Origin: Elusimicrobiota bacterium
Lineage (GTDB): Bacteria > Elusimicrobiota > Elusimicrobia > Elusimicrobiales > UBA9959
NCBI GenBank assembly: GCA_037137395.1
Contig: JBAXKK010000020.1
Coordinates: 1 to 35,273 of the forward strand
DNA length: 35,273 nucleotides
Direction of reading: 5' to 3'
Shown: one piece after another, positions 26,036-35,220 of the stretch
Layout of the letters: each line of letters opens with the position of its first letter
Position numbering within the stretch: the first letter of the stretch is position 1
Translations under genes and position numbers: made by a program
Notes under the pieces: generated by a model
Seen by the model: only the letters and a program-made list of their open reading frames with translations
Told to the model about the DNA's origin: nothing
Database searches by the model: none

Positions 26036-28438
26036 TCAATTATGGAAACGTATCGGGATACGGTATCGCCCAACCCCTACTTTTTTGCCGGTTTCCGGGT
26101 GTGACGGAATAACTGACAGGAAATAATTGCCCGGGGGTACTCCCAGTGAATTTACAGGCAGTTGCAACAAAATGGTTTTTCCGGAGGAAATACGCTGCGG
26201 CGCGGCATATGATTCTGACACCTCGCGGCCGTCCGCTCCAAGCAGAACAATGAGCGGGACAAAGGTATCGGTTGCCTTCGTTCCGGTGTTAGCGAACACG
26301 GCTTCAATAGTAAGCGCCCCTGGTCGCGCGCTTCCGGGCGCATGCACTTCCTGAACGGAGAGCATTCCAGCGCTGTCCGCCGCCGGCGCGGCCGGTTTTA
26401 TACGCTCTTCGTCTCGATACGGGCTCAACTGGCCAGCGGTTCCATCGGGGATCAGCGTCACGCTGCGCGCCAACTGGTCGTTGGCGGCGCGAAATGCCGT
26501 GAATTGCGCCTGTACCCGCGCCAGTGCGGCAGTGTCGCCATCCGGTTCGATATTCATTCCGTCGTTCAGAGCGTAGAGCGTGTTCTGGTTGATGAACCAT
26601 GTTCCGGAAACGAAGTCTACTAGATTCGCTATGGTCTGTTTTAGTGGAAAATCATGGATGTTGCGGAAAGATGGTTCCATATCCAGTCCCGACCCCAGCC
26701 ATGTGACTGCATGAGGGGTCAGGATGCCATAGTTATGTGAAAAGAAAGCCAACAGGGATGGTGTGATGTCGAATTGTGAAGACACCGACTTGATCCGGGC
26801 CGGTTTATGTAGCAGCGGAGAAACGATGATTAATGGGACATGGTATCTGTCGATTCGGGTGGACATCGGTATCTCGGGCAGCCTGTGGTCTCCGGTTACG
26901 ATGAATATCGTGTTCTGATAAGCGGGGTTCTTCTTCATTTCCTCGAAAAAACGGCCCAGTGCCGAATCGGCGTAGAGGATGGCTGTATAAATATCGCGGT
27001 GGGCGCGATATGCATCCTTGCGTTCTTTAGTTATTCCAAGCTCATCTAAGCGGCGTTCAAAGCGGGGGTAGAAACCAGATTGGCCCGGGAATGTGTACGG
27101 CGTATGCATAGTTATGGTCTGGATCACTGACAGGAAGGGCTGTCGGGGGGCACTGGCTTCGGTTTTCAGTGCCAGCGAAACGAGTTCGTTATCTCCGTAG
27201 CCCCAGCTGTTCGCGCGCGTATACTCCGGTCCAAAATTATTTTCGTCCATCATCATATCCACGCCTTGGCGGCGAAGGAATGCCCGCTCTTTGTCGAAAT
27301 CCAGGTTGAAGCCGATATAAAAATTCATGCGGTAGCCGTTATTTTTCAGTACGCTCATTAACGAGGTATGGGCGGGCATATGTTCGCCCAGGTCGGAGAA
27401 ACCTTTGGCGCCGAAAGGCAGGGAAGCAAATACCGATGGCAGGATCGCGAAGGTGCGGCCCTGTACGGCCAGGAAATTCTCCCAGTAGAGGCCGGTTTCT
27501 GCGAGCCGGTCAAGTTGGGGGGTGAAACTCCCCAAAGCCGCGCCCGGACCTGAAAAAGCCCGACCTAAACCTTCGACAATGATGAATACAAGGTTCGGAG
27601 GATTGTCCTTGCGTATATTAAAATGAGGCCCCAGAACATCCGGGGTCTGTTCAACGCGGAGGAATGGGTACTTAGGATCCAGGTAATGAAAACCGGTGAC
27701 CGCCGTGGCAGAGGCCGGATGGTCCAGATTGAGCCCCCGCAGCGGTGCCAGGTTGGAAACGCTGGTGTCGAAGAAATATGCGGACTTATTAAGGGTCAGG
27801 TTATAGGTATCTTCAGTCACAGAAACAGTTCCGCCGGGCCGCCCGGGTACGATCACCAGAACCAATAGTGCCATAGTCAATAAAATGGCAGCGGTCCGGG
27901 GCTGGAATGTCGGTCGCGCGCGCCGGTTTTGCCGTGCGAGTATCGCCCACAGGGCGATCAGAGCGAGGGGTAGAGCGATTATAACCGCTGCATTCGGTCC
28001 TGTGCCGCCGGAGACCGTTTTACGGATATCGTCCCATGAGTAGGCGAAGAGATCAGCTCCGAGCGGAACGCGGGCTGTGAGAAAATACTGGAACAGCGCG
28101 GTCTGCACAAGTGTCAGCAGTGACCAAGCCAGGCCGAGGCCCAGGCGACTGGCGCGGCGTGAGTGGACGAGCAGAAATGGCAGCGAATATAGGAATAGGG
28201 CGGGCAGATACCGGATCAGGTTGAGAAGATCCAGGCTTATGGCTGTTGCTATGGCGGAGATTGTTTCTGAATGCGTGGAACCGGTTTGTATGCCGGAGGT
28301 CAATTCGGCGGCCCGCAGGCAGAACATCGCTATCACCAGGGCCGGCACTAGGTCTAGGAACCGTGAAGCGGCTGCGCCTACCAGCGAAGCTTTCATCCGC
28401 CACCCGGCTACTGGGACTGTCGTTTCTGCGTGTCCCAT
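26036..28438 (-). CDS. Second LTA synthase/sulfatase-family transferase, with a C-terminal Ig-like extension (start uncertain, 28396-28462)
   Basis: N-terminal TM helices; NLVFIIVEGL, GRTF (Thr nucleophile), TITMHTPY, TGDH and DITPS; about 110-aa beta-rich tail. Confidence 0.85.
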   Translation of the reverse strand: MGHAETTVPVAGWRMKASLVGAAASRFLDLVPALVIAMFCLRAAELTSGIQTGSTHSETISAIATAISLDLLNLIRYLPALFLYSLPFLLVHSRRASRLGLGLAWSLLTLVQTALFQYFLTARVPLGADLFAYSWDDIRKTVSGGTGPNAAVIIALPLALIALWAILARQNRRARPTFQPRTAAILLTMALLVLVIVPGRPGGTVSVTEDTYNLTLNKSAYFFDTSVSNLAPLRGLNLDHPASATAVTGFHYLDPKYPFLRVEQTPDVLGPHFNIRKDNPPNLVFIIVEGLGRAFSGPGAALGSFTPQLDRLAETGLYWENFLAVQGRTFAILPSVFASLPFGAKGFSDLGEHMPAHTSLMSVLKNNGYRMNFYIGFNLDFDKERAFLRRQGVDMMMDENNFGPEYTRANSWGYGDNELVSLALKTEASAPRQPFLSVIQTITMHTPYTFPGQSGFYPRFERRLDELGITKERKDAYRAHRDIYTAILYADSALGRFFEEMKKNPAYQNTIFIVTGDHRLPEIPMSTRIDRYHVPLIIVSPLLHKPARIKSVSSQFDITPSLLAFFSHNYGILTPHAVTWLGSGLDMEPSFRNIHDFPLKQTIANLVDFVSGTWFINQNTLYALNDGMNIEPDGDTAALARVQAQFTAFRAANDQLARSVTLIPDGTAGQLSPYRDEERIKPAAPAADSAGMLSVQEVHAPGSARPGALTIEAVFANTGTKATDTFVPLIVLLGADGREVSESYAAPQRISSGKTILLQLPVNSLGVPPGNYFLSVIPSHPETGKKVGVGRYRIPIRFHN

Positions 28439-29802
28439 TGTGTCCCTCTGAAATAGAAGCATGCTCTGACCCGCTCGTAGAGCGTTATCTGCCGGTAGCC
28501 CAGAAAATCCACTACTGACATAAGGCAGAGGCGCAGCACATCTTTTTGTTTTTTATAGCGGCGGAAATTATATGTATCAAGGAAGATCGCGGATATGTTT
28601 ATTGAGATTCCCCAAAGCAGCGACATGGCTACAAGCAGCAGGACAAATTTAGTGTCCAGGAGCCCCATAAAGTAGAACACCGGTATTAAGATGTAGCCAA
28701 GAAGTTCAATTATGGGCCCAAGAACCTCTACGAAAAGAAAGTAGGAAACCCCCAGCAGGCTTACTGCGCCGTACTTTGGGTTTAATATCATTGACCGGTT
28801 TGCCAACAGCGAGTCCAGCAGTCCCCTGTGCCAGCGGTTGCGCTGCTTGCGCAGCATGGACAGCGTAAAAGGGACCTGCGTCCAGCAGACCGGGTCCGGC
28901 ACGAAAAATATTTTATATGGAATCTTATTATCCAGGCAATGCCTGTGCAACCGCATAACCAAGTCCATATCTTCGCCTACGGTTTTGCGGTAGCCGTTTA
29001 CGGCCACCACCATATCTTTTCTGAATACCCCGAAAGCGCCGGAAATTATCAGCAGGCTGTTGATGAGGTTCCAGCCGGTTCTGCCCGACAGAAAGGCGCG
29101 GGCGTATTCAAGCACCTGGATAGACTCCAGCGTTTTTTTAGGCAGTTCCGCCTCAAGCACCGCTCCGTCCTTAACAAGGCAGCCGTTTAATACGCGCACG
29201 ATGCCGCCGGTGGCTATAACTTCGTCATTCTCGATAAAAGGCTTGGAGGATTTCAATATCGCGTCCGGCTCCAGCAGCGAGTCGGCGTCCAGGGAGCAGA
29301 ATATCGGATAGGAAGAGACGTTTATTCCGGCGTTTATGGCGTCGGCCTTTCCGCCTGTTTCTTTATCTATGATTATAAGGTTAGGATAGTCTCCGGAGAT
29401 GTATATGCTCTTTATGGGCGCGTGCGGAATCTGCCGGCGTACCGGTTTTAAATAGGCGCTCAGTTTGAAATCTTCTTTTAACTTGGCAATTGTTTCGTCG
29501 GAAGAGCCGTCGTTGACCACGATTATTTCAAACTCGGGATAGTGCTGGTTTAGCAGTGATCTTATGCAGTCGGAGATAACCTCAGATTCGTTATAGGCGG
29601 GCACTATTATGGAGACCGGCTTGTAGTATGAGTCCGAAGTCAGCAGGCGCCGTGCGCCACGCGAGGTGGAGAGATAAGAGTTCTGAACAATGTCTTTAAG
29701 GGCGAAAAGTATAAGCAGGGTGTAGGTGGAATTTATAGCGAGGAAATATACCAGTATTATTCCCTGCAGATAGTATGCGGCGGATACCATGAAATGGCTC
29801 AT
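28408..29802 (-). CDS. Processive membrane GT2 glycosyltransferase (PgaC/IcaA/BcsA-like synthase)
   Basis: VPAYNE, NDGS, GGKADA, DAD, GED and QRNRW (QxxRW); flanking TM helices; ATGA overlap with the upstream gene. Confidence 0.93.
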   Translation of the reverse strand: MSHFMVSAAYYLQGIILVYFLAINSTYTLLILFALKDIVQNSYLSTSRGARRLLTSDSYYKPVSIIVPAYNESEVISDCIRSLLNQHYPEFEIIVVNDGSSDETIAKLKEDFKLSAYLKPVRRQIPHAPIKSIYISGDYPNLIIIDKETGGKADAINAGINVSSYPIFCSLDADSLLEPDAILKSSKPFIENDEVIATGGIVRVLNGCLVKDGAVLEAELPKKTLESIQVLEYARAFLSGRTGWNLINSLLIISGAFGVFRKDMVVAVNGYRKTVGEDMDLVMRLHRHCLDNKIPYKIFFVPDPVCWTQVPFTLSMLRKQRNRWHRGLLDSLLANRSMILNPKYGAVSLLGVSYFLFVEVLGPIIELLGYILIPVFYFMGLLDTKFVLLLVAMSLLWGISINISAIFLDTYNFRRYKKQKDVLRLCLMSVVDFLGYRQITLYERVRACFYFRGTQWDTQKRQSQ

Positions 29803-30884
29803 GAGGCGGCCTCCGCGCCGGTCAGCGCGTATTTAGCGGCGTTGGCGGCGAATTTATCGGTTGAGGCCGTCTCGCCTCTCAGTATTTCAATCCCCGGGTC
29901 GCCCAGCTTGGAAAGGGCCAGCGCCGCGTTAAGCCTTATATGGTAGTTTGAGTCATGCACCAGGTCTTTCAGGTCGTGGAGCAGATCTGTCCCGCCGAGA
30001 TGCGCGTATTTTAGAGCCGTAAGCCGCACACGCCAGTCCTTATGGCGCAGAACTTCCGGCAGGATGCCGGGATCGACGTTCGCCAGCGTTCTTATGCAGG
30101 CGATAATTATCGCCGGCTCGTTCTGGAAAGCGCTGTAATACTCCTTTACTATAAGGCCGTCACGCTCGCAGCCGGCCAGATAGCAGGCTGACAGGCAGTC
30201 CCGTTTTATCTTCAGGGGTATTTCCGCGTCGGTCATTATCTGCTTCAGAAAAAATCCGAATTCCTCTTCCTTCCCGGCGTTCTTAAGCGCGGTTATTGTG
30301 TTTAAAAAAACATCTTCCGTATATTTAGCCGTAAGGTAGGGCAGGGTTGCGAGCAATTTTGAGATTGAGTAAATGTCTTCCCGGTCGCGGGCGAGCCTGC
30401 TGAGCCCGTAAATTATGCGGTAGCGGACTTCTTTGACGGGTTCGCTTTTAAAAACAGCGTAAAAAAATTCACGGTTCTTTTTCAGTTTCAGCGAGGATAA
30501 CATGTCTATGGCGTGCGCCCGCTTAAACCAGATCGTGGTTCTGGATAGGCGTTTATAATAGAGATCAATTTCGAATTTATATATGAGTTTTGTGGCGCGC
30601 TCCACTATTTCACCCTCAAAGCTTTCAATTATGCTTGAGACCGCTTCGTTGTACGCCGCGTAATTCATGGCGCTGACCGGCTTCGGGAGCACTTCGGACG
30701 GGTCGGTCACGGTAATTATGGCCGTGGAAATTTTGTGTTTCAGGAGTTCTTTTTCAACCTCGGATTTGTCCAGGCGGTTCTTGTGGAAGAGCATGAAAAT
30801 AATCTCGAAAAGATTAAAGGCCGCAAGCAGTCCTACCGCGATATAGAGGCAGGCGTAGAAATGCGGGGAGGAGGTAAGGCGCAT
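29799..30884 (-). CDS. Membrane-anchored HEAT-repeat protein
   Basis: N-terminal TM helix; HEAT-like units DWRVRLTALK and DSNYHIRLNAALALSKLG; TAATG coupling to the receiver gene at 30884 (alternative ATG 30893). Confidence 0.85.
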   Translation of the reverse strand: MRLTSSPHFYACLYIAVGLLAAFNLFEIIFMLFHKNRLDKSEVEKELLKHKISTAIITVTDPSEVLPKPVSAMNYAAYNEAVSSIIESFEGEIVERATKLIYKFEIDLYYKRLSRTTIWFKRAHAIDMLSSLKLKKNREFFYAVFKSEPVKEVRYRIIYGLSRLARDREDIYSISKLLATLPYLTAKYTEDVFLNTITALKNAGKEEEFGFFLKQIMTDAEIPLKIKRDCLSACYLAGCERDGLIVKEYYSAFQNEPAIIIACIRTLANVDPGILPEVLRHKDWRVRLTALKYAHLGGTDLLHDLKDLVHDSNYHIRLNAALALSKLGDPGIEILRGETASTDKFAANAAKYALTGAEAAS

Positions 30885-31258
30885 TATGAGCATGTGTTCC
30901 CCAAGAATTTATCAATGCGTAACTTCAAGTGCTCAATATTTATCGGTTTGGTTATGTACTCGTTTATGCCAAGTTCATACGCTCTCTTTATATTCGCGTC
31001 CTGCTTTAGGGAGGTCATGATAAATATCGGAATATCTTTGGTTTCGGCATTTTCCTTAAGGTTTTTCACAACCTCAAACCCGGACATCCTGGGCATATTT
31101 ATGTCTAGCAGGATAAGGTCGGGCTTGAAGGAGGATGTTTTTTCCAGGGCGTCCACGCCGTCAACCGCGGTTTCCACTAGGTGGCCGGCTTTGGACAGGT
31201 GGGTTTGAAAAATTAAAAGAATAGTGTCGTCGTCGTCAACTATAAGTATTTTTGCCAT
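30884..31258 (-). CDS. Single-domain response regulator (receiver only)
   Basis: ILIVDDD, DLILLDINMP and YITKP. Confidence 0.95.
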   Translation of the reverse strand: MAKILIVDDDDTILLIFQTHLSKAGHLVETAVDGVDALEKTSSFKPDLILLDINMPRMSGFEVVKNLKENAETKDIPIFIMTSLKQDANIKRAYELGINEYITKPINIEHLKLRIDKFLGNTCS

Positions 31259-31338
31259 TTTCAGCCTGATGGGAGCTTGGCCTCCGCTAGTGTGGCGCGA
31301 GACACTGCGCTAGTCGGGGCTTGGTTCGAAACTTTTTG

Positions 31339-32100
31339 CTAATTCAGCAGTTCCGCGCCGAGGATGTAGTCCATCTTCGGGAAATCGGTCTTCAGATATT
31401 TGTTGCCCTGCATCTGAGTCCGGCCCTGGTCGGGGCCTCTGCCGCTTGGGGCGCCTTCGCCGTAGCCGGAATAAATGCTTTCAACCACTTTCATTCCTTC
31501 CGTGACTTTGCCGAAGGGTGAGAAGCCCATGTCGTCCAGGCGGGAGTTGTCTCCGTAATTTATGAAAAGCTGGGTCGTGCGGGTATTGGGGCCGGCCATG
31601 GCGTAAGTGATATAGCCTTTCAGGTTCGACTGCGCGGGCTCGTCGTCCTTTATATTAGCTTCGCGCCATTGCGCGCTGACCGCGGGATCGCCGTGGATGC
31701 CGAACTGCACCATAAAACCGGATATGACCCGGAAGAAGGCGACATCGGTGAAATAACCGATTTTCATCAGGTTGTAAAAACGGTCTGCTCCAAGCGGGGA
31801 CCACGCGCGGGTAACTTCGACAGTGAAGTCGCCCTTGGTGGTCTTGAACTTGGCCTTGAATGTGGCCGGGGCTTTTTCGTTGGCTTTTGAGGGGGTTAAG
31901 AGTGCGCTCATATCGGTTTTTGTTTCCTTATCTCCTGATTGTGTACTCGGCTGCGTGATGCCTTCGGGGCGTTCAGCAGCCTGTGCGGCCGCGGTTGACG
32001 ATTCCGGGGTCGGGAGCGTCTCCTGCTTATTGTTGGAGCAGGCCGCGGCGGTCAATAATAATGAAATGGCGATAAAACTTCGCGCAATCACGATTTTCAT
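31339..32100 (-). CDS. Cyclophilin-type peptidyl-prolyl isomerase, predicted lipoprotein
   Basis: FFRVISGFMVQFG, TYAMAGP, RTTQLFIN and FGKVTEGM; lipobox-like LTAAAC after ATG 32100. Confidence 0.9.
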   Translation of the reverse strand: MKIVIARSFIAISLLLTAAACSNNKQETLPTPESSTAAAQAAERPEGITQPSTQSGDKETKTDMSALLTPSKANEKAPATFKAKFKTTKGDFTVEVTRAWSPLGADRFYNLMKIGYFTDVAFFRVISGFMVQFGIHGDPAVSAQWREANIKDDEPAQSNLKGYITYAMAGPNTRTTQLFINYGDNSRLDDMGFSPFGKVTEGMKVVESIYSGYGEGAPSGRGPDQGRTQMQGNKYLKTDFPKMDYILGAELLN

Positions 32101-32246
32101 AACTACATTATGCCTTTTTGGGGATGAATTTTCAATACATACGGCCGCCTCCGGCGCCCTCATTGGATCTTGCGCGGATTTGCGCCGGCGCTGAGAAGTT
32201 ATATAATGGATACAAGATTGTGCGCAGTATAACAGGGGAGGATCAA

Positions 32247-32876
32247 ATGGCAAAAATGAAAAATTTATTTCTCGGTGTCTTGGCCTTCGGCTTGATGGCA
32301 GGACCCGTCGCGGCTATTGACTCCAAAATTCACAAGGCCGAAGCCGGCACGCTCGATAATCTCCAGGAAGCCTATAACGGCGAATCAAACGCCAAAGCCC
32401 ATTACGAGGCCTTTGCCGTGAAAGCTGAAGCTGAAGGATACCTGGGGGTGGCCGGCCTATTTAAGGCTGCGGCCCTGTCAGAAAGCATACACGCGGCTAA
32501 ACACGCTAAAGCCATAGAGGCGCTGGGTGGGATACCCAAGGCTGAACTCAAGGCCCCGGTTGTGAAATCAACACGGGAGAACCTGAAAGAGGCAATTAAC
32601 GGCGAGAATCATGAAAGCAAAAAAATGTACCCCGCTTTCCTTAAAAAAGCCGAGGCCGATAAAAACATGCAGGCCATGTATAGCTTCAAAGGAGCTATGG
32701 CAGCCGAAAAGATGCACGCGCAGATGTACTCAACGGCTCTCACTAATCTCAAAGACTGGAAGGTAAAGAAGAAATTTATAGTCTGTCAGGTCTGCGGCTA
32801 TACCACGATGGATCTTAAGCTGAAAACCTGTCCCGTGTGTTCCCAGCCCCGCGCGCAGTTTACCGAAGTGGAATAG
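32247..32876 (+). CDS. rbr: Rubrerythrin (ferritin-like di-iron plus rubredoxin-like domain) with an N-terminal signal peptide
   Basis: AYNGES, ESIH, GENHE..MY, EKMH and CQVCGY..CPVC; leader MAKMKNLFLGVLAFGLMAGPVAA; GGAGG RBS. Confidence 0.88.
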   Translation: MAKMKNLFLGVLAFGLMAGPVAAIDSKIHKAEAGTLDNLQEAYNGESNAKAHYEAFAVKAEAEGYLGVAGLFKAAALSESIHAAKHAKAIEALGGIPKAELKAPVVKSTRENLKEAINGENHESKKMYPAFLKKAEADKNMQAMYSFKGAMAAEKMHAQMYSTALTNLKDWKVKKKFIVCQVCGYTTMDLKLKTCPVCSQPRAQFTEVE

Positions 32877-32977
32877 CCGGCAGTCTGCCCGGTTCTTTTG
32901 GTCGGTTTGCATGAGGCTTAACAACCGGTAAGGCCGCGATTTTTGGCTTTGAGCCAAAAGAATTGGTGTTCTTTGCT

Positions 32978-34309
32978 ATGAAAAAGCTTTTCCTCTCTGT
33001 TTTCCCCATAGGCGCCGCCGCCGCTCTATGTCTGTGGTATTTTGATAATAGCGCGGCGCCGTCCGGCGGTTTTTTCGCCGATAAGATCGGCCTTGTCATG
33101 GCTTTAGGCCGGCTGGCCGGAATTGTGGCGGCTTTGGGTGTTATGGGGCAGCTGCTGCTGGTTTCCCGCGCGGCCTGGCTTGAGCCGCTTTTCGGTCTGG
33201 ACCGCCTTACCCGCTTTCATCATAAGGCCGGACTTATCATACCCTTAGCCCTGCTTATACACTCGCCGCTGGTCGTCTGGCACCACGCCATGCAGACAGG
33301 GAATGGTTTTATAACGCAATATATTGCGGTGCTCGGTTGGGAGGATGTTCTGGCCGCGGCCTGCGGCGAGTTCCTTATAATTGCAGCCGTTATACTTTCT
33401 CTTCCTTTCGCGCGCCGCCGGCTCAGCTATGAGACCTGGCACATGGCCCATCTTGGCGCTTATATCGGTCTGGGGCTTTCCGTCGGCCACCAGTTGGAGC
33501 TTGGAATGGACCTCAATGCCGGACTTCCGTATTTTGCCTGGACCTGGTACGCGCTCTATATTTTCACGCTGGTTAATCTGGCTTGGGGCCGGGCCCTAAA
33601 ACCGTTATGGCGTTACCACAGCCGGAAATTTCTGGTTGAGAAGATAGTGCCGGAGACAACGGAGGTTGAATCAATCTGGATAACCGGCCGCGATATGGCT
33701 TCGCTGCCGGCCGAAGCCGGTCAGTTCGCCATGCTGCGCTTCTGGGCTCCCGGCTTTAAATCCCAGGCCCACCCCTTTTCCATTTCAAGACCTCCGGACG
33801 GAAAATATCTGCGCTTCAGTATAAAAAAGTCCGGAGATTTTACCACTTCGGTGCATAATTCACTGAAGCCCGGCACACCGGTCATCATCGACGGGCCGCA
33901 CGGCGTCTTCACTGAAAAAAAATGCCTTGGAGACAAGGCCCTCCTGATAGCCGGCGGTATCGGCATAACACCCCTGCGCTCTCTGGGTGAACGGCTGCGG
34001 GCCTCTGGTAAGGACTGTGTTCTGCTATACGCCAACCGCGCGCAGAAAGATATAGTTTTCAGGCGGGAGCTGGAAGAGCTTGAGGATCTGGGCGGCTTCA
34101 CGGTACACCACATTCTCAACGCCGACCCGGAGTGGCCGGGCGAGAAAGGTAATATTGACGCCGATCGCATAAAGCGCCTGGTGCCTGACTTCGCGGAGCG
34201 CGACGCTTTTCTGTGCGGTCCGCAACCCATGATGACCGCTCTGACGGCCGCCCTGATCGGCCTTGGAGTTTCCAGAACCAGGATACATTCCGAAGTTTTC
34301 TCGCTGTAA
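32978..34309 (+). CDS. Ferric reductase-like transmembrane domain fused to an FAD/NAD(P)-binding FNR domain (bacterial NOX-like flavocytochrome)
   Basis: About 6 TM helices with His pairs (RFHH..LIH, MAH..GHQ); HPFSIS, DGPHG, AGGIGITP, CGP and C-terminal EVF. Confidence 0.9.
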   Translation: MKKLFLSVFPIGAAAALCLWYFDNSAAPSGGFFADKIGLVMALGRLAGIVAALGVMGQLLLVSRAAWLEPLFGLDRLTRFHHKAGLIIPLALLIHSPLVVWHHAMQTGNGFITQYIAVLGWEDVLAAACGEFLIIAAVILSLPFARRRLSYETWHMAHLGAYIGLGLSVGHQLELGMDLNAGLPYFAWTWYALYIFTLVNLAWGRALKPLWRYHSRKFLVEKIVPETTEVESIWITGRDMASLPAEAGQFAMLRFWAPGFKSQAHPFSISRPPDGKYLRFSIKKSGDFTTSVHNSLKPGTPVIIDGPHGVFTEKKCLGDKALLIAGGIGITPLRSLGERLRASGKDCVLLYANRAQKDIVFRRELEELEDLGGFTVHHILNADPEWPGEKGNIDADRIKRLVPDFAERDAFLCGPQPMMTALTAALIGLGVSRTRIHSEVFSL

Positions 34310-34322
34310 GGATACCTGGGCA

Positions 34323-34949
34323 ATGGTGAATAAAAGATTTATTATCGTTTTTACAGTTTCGCTGGCGGCCGGTTTTTTGTTTTCATTTTATAAATCTTCC
34401 AGAGATGCTTCGCGCGGCGCTCCCGCCGGCGCGGGAAAGGAGTCGGGCATGGCCGACATTGATGCAAATTATGAGACCGCAATATTGGCAGGCGGATGTT
34501 TCTGGGGGATGGAAGAGATAATAAGTAAAATCCCCGGTGTGATTGAGACGGCGGTAGGCTATACCGGCGGAGATTTTGAAAATCCAAAATATGAGGATGT
34601 GAAGTCCGGGAATACCGGTCACGCCGAGGCTATAGAAATAAAATTTGAGCCCGCGAAACTTTCCTACGGCGCCTTATTGGACCTCTTTTTTAAAATGCAT
34701 GACCCCACAACGCTTAACCGGCAGGGAAATGATATCGGTTCCCAGTACCGCTCCGCTATTTTTTACAGAACCCCGGTCCAAAAGACCGAGGCGGAGGCTG
34801 CCGTGAAAAGAGCGCAGGCCACCGGTTTGTGGCGGCGGCCTTTAACTACTGAAATAGTTTTGTTTAAAAAATTCTGGCCCGCCGAAGATTCTCATCAGGA
34901 TTACCTGAAGAAGCACCCCGGCGGTTATACCTGCCATTACATGAGGTAA
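34323..34949 (+). CDS. msrA: Peptide methionine-S-sulfoxide reductase with an N-terminal hydrophobic anchor
   Basis: AGGCFWG, GYTGG, TGHAEA, HDPT, RQGND, QYRS, HQDY and C-terminal GYTCH; N-terminus KRFIIVFTVSLAAGFLFSFY. Confidence 0.94.
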   Translation: MVNKRFIIVFTVSLAAGFLFSFYKSSRDASRGAPAGAGKESGMADIDANYETAILAGGCFWGMEEIISKIPGVIETAVGYTGGDFENPKYEDVKSGNTGHAEAIEIKFEPAKLSYGALLDLFFKMHDPTTLNRQGNDIGSQYRSAIFYRTPVQKTEAEAAVKRAQATGLWRRPLTTEIVLFKKFWPAEDSHQDYLKKHPGGYTCHYMR

Positions 34950-35204
34950 CTAATCTGGCGCGGGGAATTCTATATGCTTTATTCTCCAGCGGTAGCCGGC
35001 GCCGGATTTTAGATAGCGTTCTTTTGCCAGGGCTTCTTTGTGTGAGGAGAAAGATGCCCAATAAACCATAATCCAGGGACCGCGACCTTTGGTCGCTTTT
35101 TCCTGATCTCCGGAATGTTCATGGAAACGGCGGATTAAGTTATCTGTCGAGCCAATATAGTAACGCTCGGTTGAGCGGCTATATAGGATGTAGGTGAAAA
35201 ACAT
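34950..35204 (-). CDS. Small GIY-YIG nuclease (UPF0213/Slx1-like)
   Basis: FTYILYS..YYIGST, RR..EH, T..RGPW and E.YLKS. Confidence 0.9.
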   Translation of the reverse strand: MFFTYILYSRSTERYYIGSTDNLIRRFHEHSGDQEKATKGRGPWIMVYWASFSSHKEALAKERYLKSGAGYRWRIKHIEFPAPD

Positions 35205-35220
35205 AAAAAAACCGGCTGTA

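Noticed and set aside
31271..31321. Imperfect hairpin between the cyclophilin and receiver genes as a further repeat copy or terminator
   Set aside because: No similarity to families 1 or 2, and no U-tract directly after the stem on the coding strand.
34954..34966. Duplicate of the tRNA 3' end (att site) at the end of the GIY-YIG gene
   Set aside because: CCCCGCGCCA versus CCCCGCCA is too short and gapped to distinguish from chance.
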